A stretch of 64,000 nucleotides of DNA from positions 8,976 through 72,975 of the forward strand of contig JAAOMT010000752.1 of NCBI GenBank assembly GCA_016748015.1, written 5' to 3'. A program made the position numbers and the translations under genes. Below are positions 14,210 to 28,010 of this stretch, piece by piece (within the stretch, counting starts at the first letter, position 1; each line of letters starts with the position of its first letter). The stretch comes from Geosiphon pyriformis uo1 (taxonomy: Eukaryota > Fungi > Glomeromycota). Under the pieces are notes generated by a model that was not told the origin of the DNA, did not search any database, and saw nothing but the letters and a program-made list of their open reading frames with translations.

Positions 14210-14619
14210 AACTGACATATCTATTCTATTTGTGGATCCAAATCTATTAATCTTTCTTATTATAATCCCTAATTTTCCTTTGTTTTCACTAGAACTAACT
14301 GAGTTATTTTAACCAGAGGCAAGAATATTGTCTGTGCTATCTTTTTATTTGGTTCAATTATATATGGTTTTTCTAATTCATTTTGTAATATTGCAATAAT
14401 ATTTCTCATATATTCTGTATCAATTATTTTTTTTCTAATATTAATTATTTTTTTTGCTAAACTAGATATAAAAATTAGTTGAACCATTGTTGTTGCTAGA
14501 ATTTCTAGTGCTATTTTTAGATCTATACTGGTATATAAATATAATTTTAATCTGATAACAGTTTTCTCTGAGTATCTAAAATCAAACTCTATATTGGTAT
14601 TATGCATATGTTTTGGCAT
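14210..14619 (-). pseudogene. dut: dUTPase domain of G
   Basis: EFDFRY, SSLA, IIDTEY, KIAQ and a downstream FGST; homologous to 45143-45463. Confidence 0.7.
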
Positions 14620-17600
14620 AATATCTTTATCATTTTTGCTAAACTATTTTAGTTCCTGTTCCATAAAAAAATTTAAAAACATGATATATTGTTTAGGATT
14701 GTGATTGGAGTTTGAATTGTTATTGTTGTTGCCATAGTGAATAGAGTTGAAATTGTTGTTGTTACCATTATTATCAGAAACTGAATTGGGATTAAATATT
14801 GATTCTAATTCTGTTGCACATTTGCTAATTGAATTTTTTTTTGGAGATCAAATAAATCATGTATGGTAGTAGATTGTAAATAAAATTACAATCATCACAA
14901 TAATTAAAGTTATTGGGAATTAGGTAGTGTTTACAAAGTCTTATATTTAACTGTTTCAAACACTGCTCTTGCTCTTTTTTAGTGAATACTAAGTCTTAGT
15001 AGTGTTTATAAAATTGTTTTGGATTATTTAGAATATCAAAAAATATGTCTGAATTGAGAATAAAAATGGTCTTAACCAGTTCTAATGAGTTGTTTTTAAT
15101 TGCCAAATATTTTATTGGGTAAAGTATTTTCAACTTTGGCACTTGTTATTTGCCAGATTTTGTCTTTATTATGTGAATAACTGTTCAAGCATAAAAGTAC
15201 TCAATTCTATGCAACATTAAAAGATATTATTCAGCTTATTTAATTGTTAATAAGAATTGTGTATTAACATAATACATCATATGTTTTTCTTTAACCAGAA
15301 ATGTCATTCCATATTTCTTTATCAAGTAGTATTTCTTTGCAAGCAAGACATAGTTTATTGTCCTATTTTTTCTGTTGTTTTAAATAATCAAAACATTTTC
15401 AGTGGCACAATTTGCAGTAATAACAGATATACATTCAGTAGTTCTTATCTAATGTTACTTAAGCTTTTATAGATAAAAGCTTCTTTTTGTAGTCAATATA
15501 TTTAAAAGGAATGTAAAGTAGTTTCTTTTTCATGTTTACTAAATATAGTATATGCCAACTGTTATCAGTTTTATTGGCATCAATGGTGGGTTGTGGTTTA
15601 TTTTTTTCTCTTCTTTTCTTTTTGTTGTCTTACAATAGAATTGGTGATAGCTTGTTATGATTTTTTTTGGTCTATAATATTTGATATGCTTTCCAAGTAA
15701 ATTTTTTTTTCTTTTTCCAATTCAATTAATAGTAATTGAGTAGTTATGATTGGCTTAAAGTAGCTGCAGATAACAAGTACCTGAGTTTGCAAATTATTAT
15801 GACTAAGCTGTAGTTCCTGAGTATTTTAGTTAAATATGGCATTGGTTTTGAACAGCCATTTATTACTAACTAGTACTTAATATTATATGGCTTTTATTAC
15901 CAACACTTTGATTAGTACTATAATGTTATTGACTTTAAATAGAAGGTTGTTAATTTCACCAATAAGCATTTTTGTTATTTCATTAGCAGTGATAAACCTG
16001 GCACTAACAGTATAATCAACTCAGTAATCTAGTTGGTTCATAAGTTATTATGTAATAATACTGTCTGCTAAACCACTATTAAAAATTAACTTGATAGAAT
16101 GGCCATCAACTTTAGTGTTAGTGTACATAATGGTAATTGGTCTAATATTGAGAACAATTTTACTGAATAATAGTATTTCTGATTGGATTTTTATTTCAAA
16201 AGGGAATACTGTTACAAGTAATTTGTTTTTTGTGACAGTTATTAATAAAATATTATTGGTAAATGATTGTTGGTTGGGTTCTAAATTGTTAGATGATTTG
16301 TTTTTTGGAGTAACTAAGAGACTTAAATAGTTCTGAGAATTTGGGTTTTGGGTGTACTTAGTTCTTGAGTTTCTTGGACATAATTCTGATAACTATTGTA
16401 ATGAACTGAAAATCAGTTGGTGCATTATTATTACCAATCTCCAGTTTTGTTAGGTATGGGTAATTCTTGGTTTTTAATTTCCAGGTGTTATTAGAACTAA
16501 ATTTTGTGACAGTATTTAAAATAATTAAGATTAATAGATGCTTTGTAGTTGTAGTTAATATATTATCAGTACTAGAGTTTAATAAATTGGCAGTAAGTAT
16601 ATTGCCTGTTACATCATTGAAATATAATAAGACTAATATGAGTCTTAATTTGATTAATAATTCAGAGTTTAAAATTGACAATTGAGGTTTTAATATTGAT
16701 TTCTTGATTATTAATTATTTAACTATATGTAATAGTTGATTTGCAAATGTTTTTGTTTATTATAATAGTGACAACTATGTATTTTTGTCACTATTGTTGA
16801 TTGGTTAATAATAATAAATGCAGTTAATTTTGGAGACAATTTGAGTTTTTTTGATTATTGTAATATTGTAGAAATTAATAAGTTGTCTGATTGTTAGTTA
16901 AGTATTTCTTGATTTTCTGATTGATTAAATTATTAAATTGTTTCAGTTTAAAATCCAAGTTAGATGATCTATTCATTACTAGATTTACAGCTTGAGCATA
17001 ATTGGCTTCTAATTCAACTGATTTAAAATCTCAGATATTTGTAACTGTGGTTTGGGATGTTTATAGATATAATAGGCATATGTGCTGAAAAATGCTACTG
17101 CATAGACTGCAAATAAACTGATTCAAAATCTGGGGCATTGTAAAGTAATTGGCATCAATAGCTTGAATTTGGCACAGATTTTTGTGAAAGCATTCTAAGT
17201 AAGTAATAACTGCTTTGATGTCTCTTTGCTTGATAATGATTAAGACAGTTATGAAGTGATTAATACTGTTATTGTTACTAAAATATCTCAAAAATTTAAT
17301 CTTAAACTTATTGAAAATTTGGGGTTTTTGGACCAAATTCTGATATTATAAATTAGTAGTATCTTGTAAAAAATATAGAATGATTTGTAAAGCTCTAATA
17401 TTGTCTTAATTATTAGTAGTAATGGCTTTCATAACATTGTTTAGTCATACTTGAAAATTGTCTTCTTTACCCAAAAATTTTTCTAATTTAGTGATAGATA
17501 TATATGCCATTGGTATTAGAATCAGTTGTTGTAATTAAAGTAGGTGTTATAATTGTTGTTAAAGTTGTGATTGTGGCTATTATTGTTGTTTGGCAATTGG

Positions 17601-18480
17601 TGCAACTAATAATGAATTAATCACAATTACTGAAAATAAGTTTTGGGGAACAATAGAATTGGGGTTTAGATTGTTCTGGTTTTGTTGAGCCTAAATAACC
17701 AGAGTTTGTATTTCTGGATTTTCTAAGATTGGGTTTTAATAATTAAATTTTTGATTTTTTTTTTTCTTCTAATTCAGTTCTTTTCCAAAAACAAGTGGTT
17801 TTGAAATCTGGTTGGAATGATGGTAATTGAAATTCTAATAACATTTATAATTATAATTTAAATTCTTCAAAAAAATTGCTGTAAGTTCTCAATAAATTGG
17901 CTTTTTTTTGTTTGCTTTAAAATATTATTCTTGCTGATAGTGTTTTTGTTAATAATAATACAACTTCTGATAATATATTAATAGTACTTCTAGGTGTGTA
18001 ATAATATGATGAATAAATAGGTAAAACTACTCTTGGTTTTTTTACATAGGTAGTTGTATTTTTTTTGGTATTTCTGTTAGTATTTGTAATTTTTTTTTGT
18101 TATTTGCAAAAATAATAGAAAATTGCTGTCTGGTATGCTTCTCAATTTCTCTGTTGATTTTTGTGATTATTAGAGTGAACAAATGATTTTGTAAAAGCAT
18201 AATACTTTAGAGTAATTTACTATAAAAATTGCTAAGTATTGCTTTCAGATTTTTTTGGTTTTTTAAGTAAAATTTAATCTTTTTGTTGATGTAAAAATTA
18301 AAAGTTGATTTTGCTGGCCAATTGTTACTTGTTAATCAGAGATGAATTTGATAATATTGAAATAAAGCTTTTACAAATTCCAAGTAGTTTGTCTCTATTT
18401 CTTTTGATTCTGCTATTGTTCTTAATAATTGTTGTTAGTGCTAGTTCTCTGCTGAATTATATATCACAAAGAGCACCAAA

Positions 18481-19391
18481 TATTACAGGTAATTATTTGG
18501 AATGTTGGTATCAATAACAAATTCATAATTTAGTGCTTAATAGCTGTTGATAGTAATATTATCTAAAGGTTTTTGTTATTTAAAAATTTTTGTTAGAGTT
18601 TTTTGTATTATAGACAAAAATTCAATAATTGTTTCAATAGCCTTCCAAAATAGTTATTCCATCAATTTTTTTCTTTAATATAATAGCTAGTTTATTTTGG
18701 CAGTTATGTTTTTCTGATAAGCTATCCTAAATTTTTGAATTGCTTACTTTTATTTTTGGGTCTTTTACTAGACTATCTTTGATGTCAAATTACTCAATAT
18801 TTAATTTCTTTAATTAATTAATAAACAATAAAAAAAAATAAAAAAAAATAAAAAAAAATTAAGTAATTAGTATTTATCAATAGTTATGATTAAAAGCTAT
18901 TGGTTTAGTATAGTTAAATATTAGATTTTATTAACAAAAAAAATTGATAAAATAAGAGTGATTAATATTTTTTAGTCAAATAACAATAATATAAATTCAG
19001 GTAATAATTAATATTTTATTAATATGTGATCAGATTTTACTTCAAGTTGTAAAAAACTATTACTTTGAAAGAAGAATATTTAAATAATTTAATAGATTGG
19101 AGATATTGATTCTGAACTAATATCTTAGATTAATTTTGTCTTTTCTGTTTTTAACACTCTTACTATATATACTTAATTAAAGTTATATAAGATTCTTTGA
19201 ATTCCTTTAATTTTTCTAGTCAAGAATCTTAAAATTTCTGGAATCTTGTAATTTTTCAAAAAGAATCCTAAAATTTCTAAAATTCTGTAATTTCTTAAAA
19301 AAAATCTTGAAATTTTTTTTTACTATGCCTATCTCTAATTGGCTACTTTATATCCTTATTTTTATGAATTCTTAAATTTCTATAAGTAACA
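18481..19391 (-). repeat. 5' LTR of G
   Basis: Adjacent to the PBS complement gagcaccaaa; ends gtaaca at 19391. Confidence 0.85.
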
Positions 19392-19781
19392 ATGTCAATC
19401 CACCCAATTTCTTGAACATCTTATTACAAAAAATGGAATTATTTTTAATCCAGCCAAGATTGAAAAGATTCAAAATATTAAACAACCAATAAACATTTAT
19501 AAACTATGCTTTTCTCTTAGTTTAACATCTTATTATTGCAAATTTGTTAAAAAATTTTCCAAAATTGTCTTTCTACTTAATTAGCTACTTAAAAAAACTG
19601 TCAATTATTATTAAAACACACTTTAACAAAAAACTTTTAAAACTTTAAAGAAAAAACTAATTATTAAGCCAATTTTCAAGCAACTTGACCTGAATCAACT
19701 TTTTATTTTTTACATTAATATATCTGGCTTTGGACTTGATGCTGTTTTATTTTAGAAAAATAAAGATAATAAAGAACATAT

Positions 19782-20730
19782 TGTTACTACAGATTTTTGG
19801 TCTTTTTTCTTAAATGTTGTTAATATCAGTTTGCTGTTAATTCACATTTTTTTTGAAAGCTAGTGAATCTTTAATAACTAAATTTATTTTCAAATTATTT
19901 TCTATAATTTAAACTGCTAACTTATAAGTAAAATGGCCAATTCTGTATTAATTGCTTTATATAGTTATATTATAATAAATATTAACTTTTTTTTAGAAAT
20001 GCTTGTTTGAAAGCTCACTAAAAATGTAATAACTTTGCTGCAAAAGTCAACTCTTCTACAGAAATTTTGTTTGTAAACTATTTTATAATTATAATAAAAA
20101 AATATAAAAAAATATAAAAAATATAGAATTTTGTCAAGAGAATTGTTTTCTGTTCAGGTCTGAAGTTATTAACTAATTACTGAAATTGGTAGTTAATTAA
20201 TTTCAAAAATGTTTATTGGGTTTTAAAAAATGTCAAGTGTAATTATTAAAGAAGTTGGGTTTTTAAAATATTTAATTTTTATTTGTTTTTTTGTAAAGAT
20301 ATATGTAGAATAATTGATTCTAACTAAGATATGTTTTCTTGAAGAAAAAAGCTCTTCTTTTTATATAATTTGTTATAATACTAGTCTATAAACTTGAACT
20401 TTTTTTTTGCTATGATTTTAGTAAACTAATGATATATTTTAACAAACTACAAATTGTTTTTACAAACTATAGATAATTTTGATGAATTATTAAGATGTTT
20501 TGCTAATTTCTACAAATTTTGGTGAAATTTTGAATATTATATAGTTCGAAATATTGTGTAATCTGATCATTCTATTTTTTATTGTACAAATTAGATTATT
20601 AATTAACTAGTGATATTTAATAATTTGATTAATTAATAAGTAATAATTAAAACAATATTTAATATATGCTTAATAAGAATTACAAAAATAATTTTATGTT
20701 AATTTAATGGTTAAAATTCTACTGATAACA
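19782..20730 (-). repeat. 3' LTR of D
   Basis: tgttactac...gataaca; homologous to 61618-62590. Confidence 0.8.
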
Positions 20731-21354
20731 TAATTTTCTTTTCAAAATTAAGTTTTATTAAAGTTCAAATACTATCTGTAATATTAAAATAATGGTCTAA
20801 AATAATTATGGTAATTTGGTCTAAAAATTGTTGAAATTTCAGTTTTGTGAGTTTGCCAATATATTAAATTTTCATTGATAATAGTACTGAATTTTAAAAG
20901 ATGTGTTCACAAGTATTATATAAGTTATAGAATTTAATAGCTGTTCTAAGTTTGTAATAGGTATTTGTTAATTTAGCTGCTGTCTTAAATTTGTTGTAAA
21001 TTTGTTTTTGTATTGTTTTAGAAATAAAATTTGTTGTTTTAAGTTCCAGTTTTCATTCATAAAATGTTCTTTCAATATAAAAATATCTAAATATAGAAGT
21101 ATATTTATGGCTTTGTTTATTAAAAAACAGTTAAAGCTTTTATTAAATTGTAGTATTTGGTTAAATATCAATAGGGACAAATAAAATGTTTTTTTTTAAA
21201 ACTTGTTTTAAAAGTTCTGGTAATTAAATTAAAAACTCTTTCTTTCATTGATTCTCTGACTATAACAAGAGCATAGAGTAGTCAAAGAAATATCTTCTTT
21301 TTCTCTTATTCCCTTCTGTTCCCTTCAGTTATTTCTTTACATACACCTCTGTTT

Positions 21355-23319
21355 GTGACAATGGATCTAATAGGCTCTTTTGCTGGTGGGTTAGCATTTG
21401 GTTCGGCTGGTGTGGGGACCCATTCTGGCACTAAAAAAAAGGCACGCATTGAGAGTGTTTATGCTCATGATCTATCTTACAAAAAAGTGAAAAAACCTGA
21501 TGATTCTGGTGTTGTTGTGGATTTGTTGGCTGGTCCTCTGCCTGTAGACATGCTACATGGTAGCATTGATAACCAGAAGAAATCTTGGAGTAGCAAAATG
21601 GACAGCGAAGAATCAAGTGTTGGCGGGACTTCTGACGTTGAGAACATGAAGAACATGATTGTGGAAGAAACAAGCTACGTTGATTCTGACACTTCCGGGG
21701 ATGACGAACTAATGAGTAATGCTATGCCAAAGAGTTTGAGAACGAGAACATATGTATTTGAACACCCACCTAAGCAGCCTTCTTTCATTAATATGAATGG
21801 TGCTGGCGATGTTTTGGAGCTCCCTCCTCGCACGTTCAATGGATCCAATCAGTTGCTGCCAGTCGTGTCATGTGATCGGGAGATTCGGAGTTTTATTTCA
21901 GTAAAATCTTTTGCATTGGATATTGAACTTTCTGCTGTTCCTGGGAAAACTGTTAGTGATAAGTTGATTTGTGTGAAAAAAATTTTTTATTAAGTTGATG
22001 GTTTTGGGGGGACTTCAACTTCCTCAAAATTTCCTAGAATAATAAGGTCATCATTTACATCTGAAAAAAGTTTGATTAAGGCAAGAGAAATGGCAATCAG
22101 TAAAAAAATTTTGGTAAATGATGATCTAAGAAAAGTAAACAGCCATTCGGATTGGGAGGTGATTGTCAAGGAAATCCCAGTGGATCTTCCCAAATCGGCA
22201 ATTGAGGCAGTGTTCTCCAAGTTTGGCAAGATTATTTCAATCAAAGTGCAGCTTATTGGTCTTTGGCAAAAGGCCCTAGTGGAATATAAATCATCTGAGA
22301 TAGCTGATTTGGTCATGACTAGATGGTCTGTATTCATGGGAAAAAATTCTGTTCGCGTGGCAAAGGCAAGTGTTGATAAACAAACATGGGTATCTCGGGA
22401 TCAGCATCGGGCATTGCTTTACACTCTTTCAGTTGGCACCACTGTCCATGATTTGTCTGCATTAGTGGAGGCCTATGGTGAGAAAACTTGTTTTATTGGC
22501 CATAATCCATCTTCATATATTCGTGATCGGTGTGCTGTGATCTGTTTTGAGAGTGAGGCATCCAAGTTGGCTGCTATTGGTTCGGTTCTGGTTTTCAAGG
22601 GTGTGAGTTTGCATTGGGCTGGTCTATCTTTGGCCTGTTGTGCAGTATGTAAACAATTCAGTTATGTTTCTGATATTTGTTCTATGGGTGGGAATTCTGG
22701 TGCTCGCAGTAAGCGGGTGGTAACTTCTCAGGATCGGGTTCATCTGGCTAATGTATATAGGAGGAAACAGGCTCCTATCACTCACTCAGTTTCCTTTGGT
22801 GGCAAGACATAGGCCCAAGTTGTTAGTGGTACTTCTTCTCATGTGGTTTCTTCAGGTTCTTTTTCTGTTGGTGCTAGTTTTGGTGTGGGTTCTGCCTTGG
22901 TAGAATCCTCCCCTTCTGATATCTCTGGTTTGTGCAGTCGGTTGGCAATTTTGGAACGCTCTTTGAAGCTTTTGGCAGACCGAGTTTCTACCATTGTGAA
23001 GAAGCTGAGTTGTATTGAGGTGGTTTCTTCGGAGTCTTCTTCTCTAGTCTCTCATCCCATTGCGTCTGCTTCTCTGGCCTCATGTGTGGATTTGGATATG
23101 GCACTGGACGTTCCATTGGTGGCCTCTCCTTCTCTTTGCCCTACCATTGATGATACCAATCCTGATTTTGGTTCCAGTAGTTCGAAGGTTCTAACTGCCA
23201 AGGTTGGTGGTTTGGAGTCAAAGTTGATGGCTTTGGATGCATCAGTTGGCTTAGTGTTGGCAAGACTGAATATGTTGTGTTCTGGTTTGAGTTCTTCGAT
23301 TCTCTTGTCTTCTCAATGA
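21355..23319 (+). pseudogene. LINE ORF1 (RRM-type RNA-binding protein, degenerate CCHC knuckle, coiled-coil C-terminus)
   Basis: Three same-frame pieces (21355-21993, 22072-22812, 22843-23319) split by two stops. RRM-like IVKEIPVDLPKSAIEAVFSKFGKI..ALVEY and knuckle CAVCKQFSYVSDIC. Confidence 0.8.
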
Positions 23320-26300
23320 CCAGTTTTATTTGGAAGATTGCTATGTGTAATGTTTGAGACATGAACATTCCTGTGAAACAAGAAGATATAGTTTGTTGGC
23401 ACAAAGACATGGGAAATTTGGTTTCTATTTTTACTGAGACAAAGTTGAAGAATAGAGTTTGTCCCTGGATTGCCAACAAGTTTGATGGTGTTCGGGTGTT
23501 TTCCTTTGGTTTGGATTCTGGTTATCTGGATGCTGGTGTGATGGTTGTCATGGACTTTTCTTTGGCAAGGCATGTGTACAGAGTTTCTGAAGTGCCTGGT
23601 CAGCTCTTGTCTGTTAGATTGCTTTTTAAGAATAAGCTCTCAGTGTCAATTCTAGAGCTCTACACTGGTGTTTCTTCAGTGGTGCGGTTTTCCCAGGCTG
23701 ATGAGATTAACTCTCTTATTGTAAAAGCTGTTAATGAATCTTCTTTTGTCATTCTCGGGGGTGATTTTAATGAAGACGGTTCTCATAAAAGTACAAGTTT
23801 CAAAAGATGCTTTGATTTGGGTTTGGTCAATTCTTTAGTTGGTAACCCAGCTGCGAAAACGTCCACTTGGGAAAATTCTAGGGGTGTTACAAAAGTAATT
23901 GATTACATGTTTGTCTCCTCGTGTCTTGTTAATGCGATAGTGCATCGTAAGATTTTGAATATCAGTGAGCATTTTGACACAGACCATCAAGCTGTCTTAG
24001 TGGATTTGGGTTTGGGTGGGCTCTTAGATACGTGCTTGATTTCTCTTCACAAGCAGACAAATAGGAATTGTTGGAAGTTTAATGTCAAAGATGCCAATGA
24101 TGTTAGGTGGTTGGAGTTCAAGGATGCTTCAGCTGCCAATGCCTCTATGTTCTCAGATGCTTTTGAAGTGGCAGTGAGGTTTTCAGATGTGGACACTATG
24201 TGGAACATTGTTTACAAGATCATGGTTCTTTCAGCGGATGGTACATTCAAGAAAAAATGGTTCAAAGGTTTTGACAGCGTGTTTACCAGGACTTTTTCTA
24301 GGTTTTACAAACTGGAGCTGCTGGTTTCTAAGTTGGTTAAGGCCTTGCGTTTGGCTTTGAGTGATGGTTTTGCTTCTTTGTTAGAGGTGTGGCACAGACT
24401 CAACTCTCCTGGTGCATCAGAGGTTAAGTCTCTATTTCTTTCAGGTTCTAATTTTGATATTATTTGTTCTGCGCTAGCCAAAGTGAGGAAATTGTACCAC
24501 TCTTTGAAATTTTTGGAATCCAAGCGTGCTGAAGAATTTTCGATCAAGCAGGCTATTGGTAAGAGAATGGAAAGTTTTGAGCTGAACAAGGGTCACATCA
24601 TTAGAAGTGTTTTGGAGTGTCCTTTTCGCAATGTGGTCCTAGATCATCTGGTTGTAGAAGAAGAGTTGATTTTGGAGCCCGATTTGGTTAAGTCCAAGGT
24701 GGACGAAATTATGGAAGGATGGACCAGAAAACGTAAGGTGGTGTTTGACTTCTCTGAGGATTGGGTTTGTCAATTTTGGCCTTTAGATTATGTGTTCGAT
24801 AGTGCTTTCTCTGATGTCATGTGCTTGATCAGTTTTGATGAGTTGTCAACTGTTGTTAAAGATCTTCCTGATGGAAAAGCGGCTGGTCTTTCTGGTATCT
24901 CCAATGAATTGTGGAAACATTGTGACAAATCTATTTTGGATATGCTTTTGGTGCTCTTGAATTTCTGTCTGGTTGGCAAGTTAGTTCCTGGGCCTTGGAG
25001 GGAAGCTTGGGTCTCGATGATTCCTAAACCATATGAATGGGAGAGAGTTTTTACAAACACCTGTCCTATAGCTTTAATTGAAACAGCCTGCAAGATTCTC
25101 TCCAAGATCCTTTCAGATAGGATCTCTTTGGCTTGCAGCATTTTTGATGTTCTTTATGGAGACAATTTTTCGGTTTTGAAAGATACAATGATGCAGTCTC
25201 CCATTTTTGCTGTCAGTTCTGTGGTTGAGGATGTCTTGAAAAAGAACCGTGAACTTTGGCTGATTTTACAGAACATGCACAAGGCTTATGACTCGGTTGG
25301 TTGGGAACATCTTAGGAGGAGTTTGATCAGGATCAAAATGTGTAACAGGTTTATTAGATTTTTTGGCAGTATTCACAATGGTCGCGTCAACAGAGTGATG
25401 ACTGACTTTGGTTTAACTGATGGGTATTGTGTCCACAATGGGCTGGATCAAAGTGAAGTTTTCTCGCCTCTTCTCTGGTGTATTTTTTATGATTTGCTTT
25501 TGTGTGAGGTCAAGAGGCAGGAGAGTGTGTGGGGCTACAGGTTGAATTCTCATTATGTTTCTAAAACAGGCCGAGTAGATCCTCGTGTTGGATTGACTTT
25601 GTTTTTCACTGCTGGTGCTTTCGTCGATGATACTATTTGGGTTGGTAGCAGCCAGGCTGCTACACAACACATTCTGGATATTGCTAGTGAGTTTTTTAGG
25701 TTCAATGACATTTCTGTGAATAACAACAAGACGGTGGCCATCCCTATCAACTGTCGGGTGTTAGACTCTCATTTAACTATCAGTGGTGCACCTATTTCCA
25801 TCGCCAGAAAAGGAGAATCTCATTGCTATTTGGGTATTTTTTTGTCTTCTGGGGGTCTTTCGAAGCCTAGCTTGGCTAAAGCTCAAGCTAATGTACGGTT
25901 TTTTGTGAATCTTGTTTTGAGGAAGGCAATTTCGGACAAACAGTGTGCATATTTGGTGTCTGCGGTTCTTTTCTCTATCATCAGCTACAGGACTCAGTTC
26001 AGTTTTGTTTTTTTGGGTTTTTGTAGTAAATGGGACGTGTTGGTATGTAAGATCTTTAAGTCCAAGTCTGGGTTGCCACGTGATTTCTCCAGTGATGCTC
26101 TTCATCATCCCTCTCTGTACAATCTAAAGACTTTCGAACAAATCCAGGCTGAGAGTAAATTGGCCTCCATTATTGCTTTTGTAAATTCCACTGGTGTCTT
26201 GGGTTGCTTGTTTTCACATAGGTCTTATGACCTCCAAGTTCTCAACTGGCATTCTCGTCATCCCTTAATGTTTCCGGTTCGTGTTGGTATTAGTCCCTCA

Positions 26301-28010
26301 AATAATTTTTTGGCTGGTGTGGTCCGTATTTTTTCCAGGTGTGATTTGTCTTTGGAGAGCCCTTTGGCTTGTGCTTTTTGTTATCAGTGTAGTACTCCTA
26401 TGTCTTTGGTTCTAGGTGATTCCTGTTTTTTCAAGTGTGTCTCTTCACTCAGGCGTTATGGGATTGCTTTCGTGGAACAGCTTTATGACCATAATGGTAA
26501 TGTTTTTAGTTGGAGAATCTTCAAGCATTGGAAGAGGCTGGACCCTTGTGGCCCAGTCCCTTTCTGGTTTGATCTCTTCATTCGCTTTTTTGGTGGTGTT
26601 GTATCTCTCTCCTCAAGTTCCTCTTTGGTGGATGGTCATGCTGTGTCTGACATTCGTCTTTCTCATGATTTTGGTGTGGTTCGTGACACTTTGCCAACCG
26701 TTGGAGCTGCCTGCCTTTCTGTATATACGGATGGATCTCTTTCTGGTCTGGGCTCTGTTGACGTGAGAGCAGGTGCTGCTGTTTTTTTTAAGGACATTAA
26801 CTTGGGTTTAGGTGTTGGGGTGTCTGGTTTGGTTTCTTCTACTCTGACGGAGCTGCAAGCCATAGCTTTGGCCCTTGAGTGTGTTCCTTTTTCTCATTTG
26901 GTTGACTTGTTCTCAGATAGCCAAGCTGCTTTAGATACGTGTAGGTTGGAATTGTTGCTGGCTCATCTGGATTTCAGGAACTGCTGTTGGATTGAGCATT
27001 ATTACATTACTACTGTCATTTGTCAGAAGAATTTGGATGTGAATTGGGTCAAGGTGAAGGGTCATTCAGGTGTCTCAGGCAATGATCGTGCTGATGCACT
27101 TGCTAAAAATGCTGCTCTCTCTGCTTGGCGCCTACCTCATTTAGTTAGTGAACATTTTCTGTGTGCTGGTGGTGTGGCAGTTTCTGGTAATTCTAGACAC
27201 TTTGTTTGTGATGTTTTCCAGTCAGTCCATCAAGCTCGTTGGGAGGTCAAAGTGGGTTCTTGTGTCATGGATGATAGGTTGCGTGCTGATATCAATTGGT
27301 CTAAGTCTTCTATGGTGTGGCACCCCGATTCTCACTTGGCATCCGGTTTTACCAGCATGCACACGGCTAGCTGTCGTACTTACTTTATGAAGACTCTTCA
27401 TCATCGGCTTCCTGTTGCTGTGTGCAAGCATTTGTATGATAGGAGATATCCCAGTGTGATCTGTCTGTTCTGTGGTGATGTTGAAACCTTGGATCACGTC
27501 TTTTTGTGTCCTCAGGATGCCGTTGGTTGTGCTTGTTTGTTGGGCACTCATGCTTCAGCTTGGAAGGCTCTTTCTGGCCTGTCTTGTTCTTCTTCTTGTG
27601 TCTTACAGGCTTTGGCTTCTTGTGTTTCTGAGGTTGGAATTGGTGTTGCTCTGTGTAAAGGCTTTGTTTTCGATGAGTGGTTTCGTAAGTCTGTCTCAGT
27701 TTTTAATGATTCTGATGAGGGTACTAAAAAGATTGTGAGCTTTGTGCATGAGTTTTGTTTTGCATTTTGGGATGACATTTGATTGGTCCGCGCCAGACAC
27801 TGAGCGTTTATGGAAAAGTGCGGTCTGATTCCGCATGATGTCTCAACTCTTGTTTCAGTGTCTGGTTTGTCTAAGGTGTTTTCAGCTGATGTGGTTAGAT
27901 TGCTGGGAGTGGCTGAGGCTTTTGGAGTTGGTTTTGGGTTTTGTAGGTTTTGTCCATTTTTTTCAGGTATTAGAGATTTGGTTTCTGTGCATATAGATAT
28001 ATATTGTAGT
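23316..28010 (+). pseudogene. LINE ORF2: APE endonuclease, reverse transcriptase, RNase H, CCHC
   Basis: The ATG at 23316 overlaps the ORF1 stop (ATGA); the APE motif CNV[R>*] has TGA at 23355. Motifs ETK, GGDFN, IDY, TDH; RT AFVDD; RNase H YTDGS/ELQAI/SDSQ/VKGHSGVSGNDRAD; CLFC...HVFLC. 1473 codons are open, with a premature stop at 27780. The 3' end is approximate. Confidence 0.9.

Larger units (their letters stand above)
8538..19391 (-). mobile_element. Full-length decayed Ty3/Gypsy element G (family B/G)
   Basis: LTRs 8538-9486 and 18481-19391, perfect 4-bp TSD ATGT (8534-8537 / 19392-19395), PBS at ~18464-18478. Gag 17061-17336, dUTPase 14269-14619, and RT/integrase are colinear with element B. 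Confidence 0.9.
7960..19781 (+). mobile_element. Old Ty3/Gypsy RT/RNase H remnant H, split by G (8538-19391) and ended by the insertion of D at 19782
   Basis: ORF 8256-8471 has GIYEFTVMFFGFTNA and VYLDN. The reading frame resumes after the ATGT TSD at 19396 (QFLEHLITKNGI...) and runs into RNase H (SGFGLDAVL...KEH). Confidence 0.75.
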
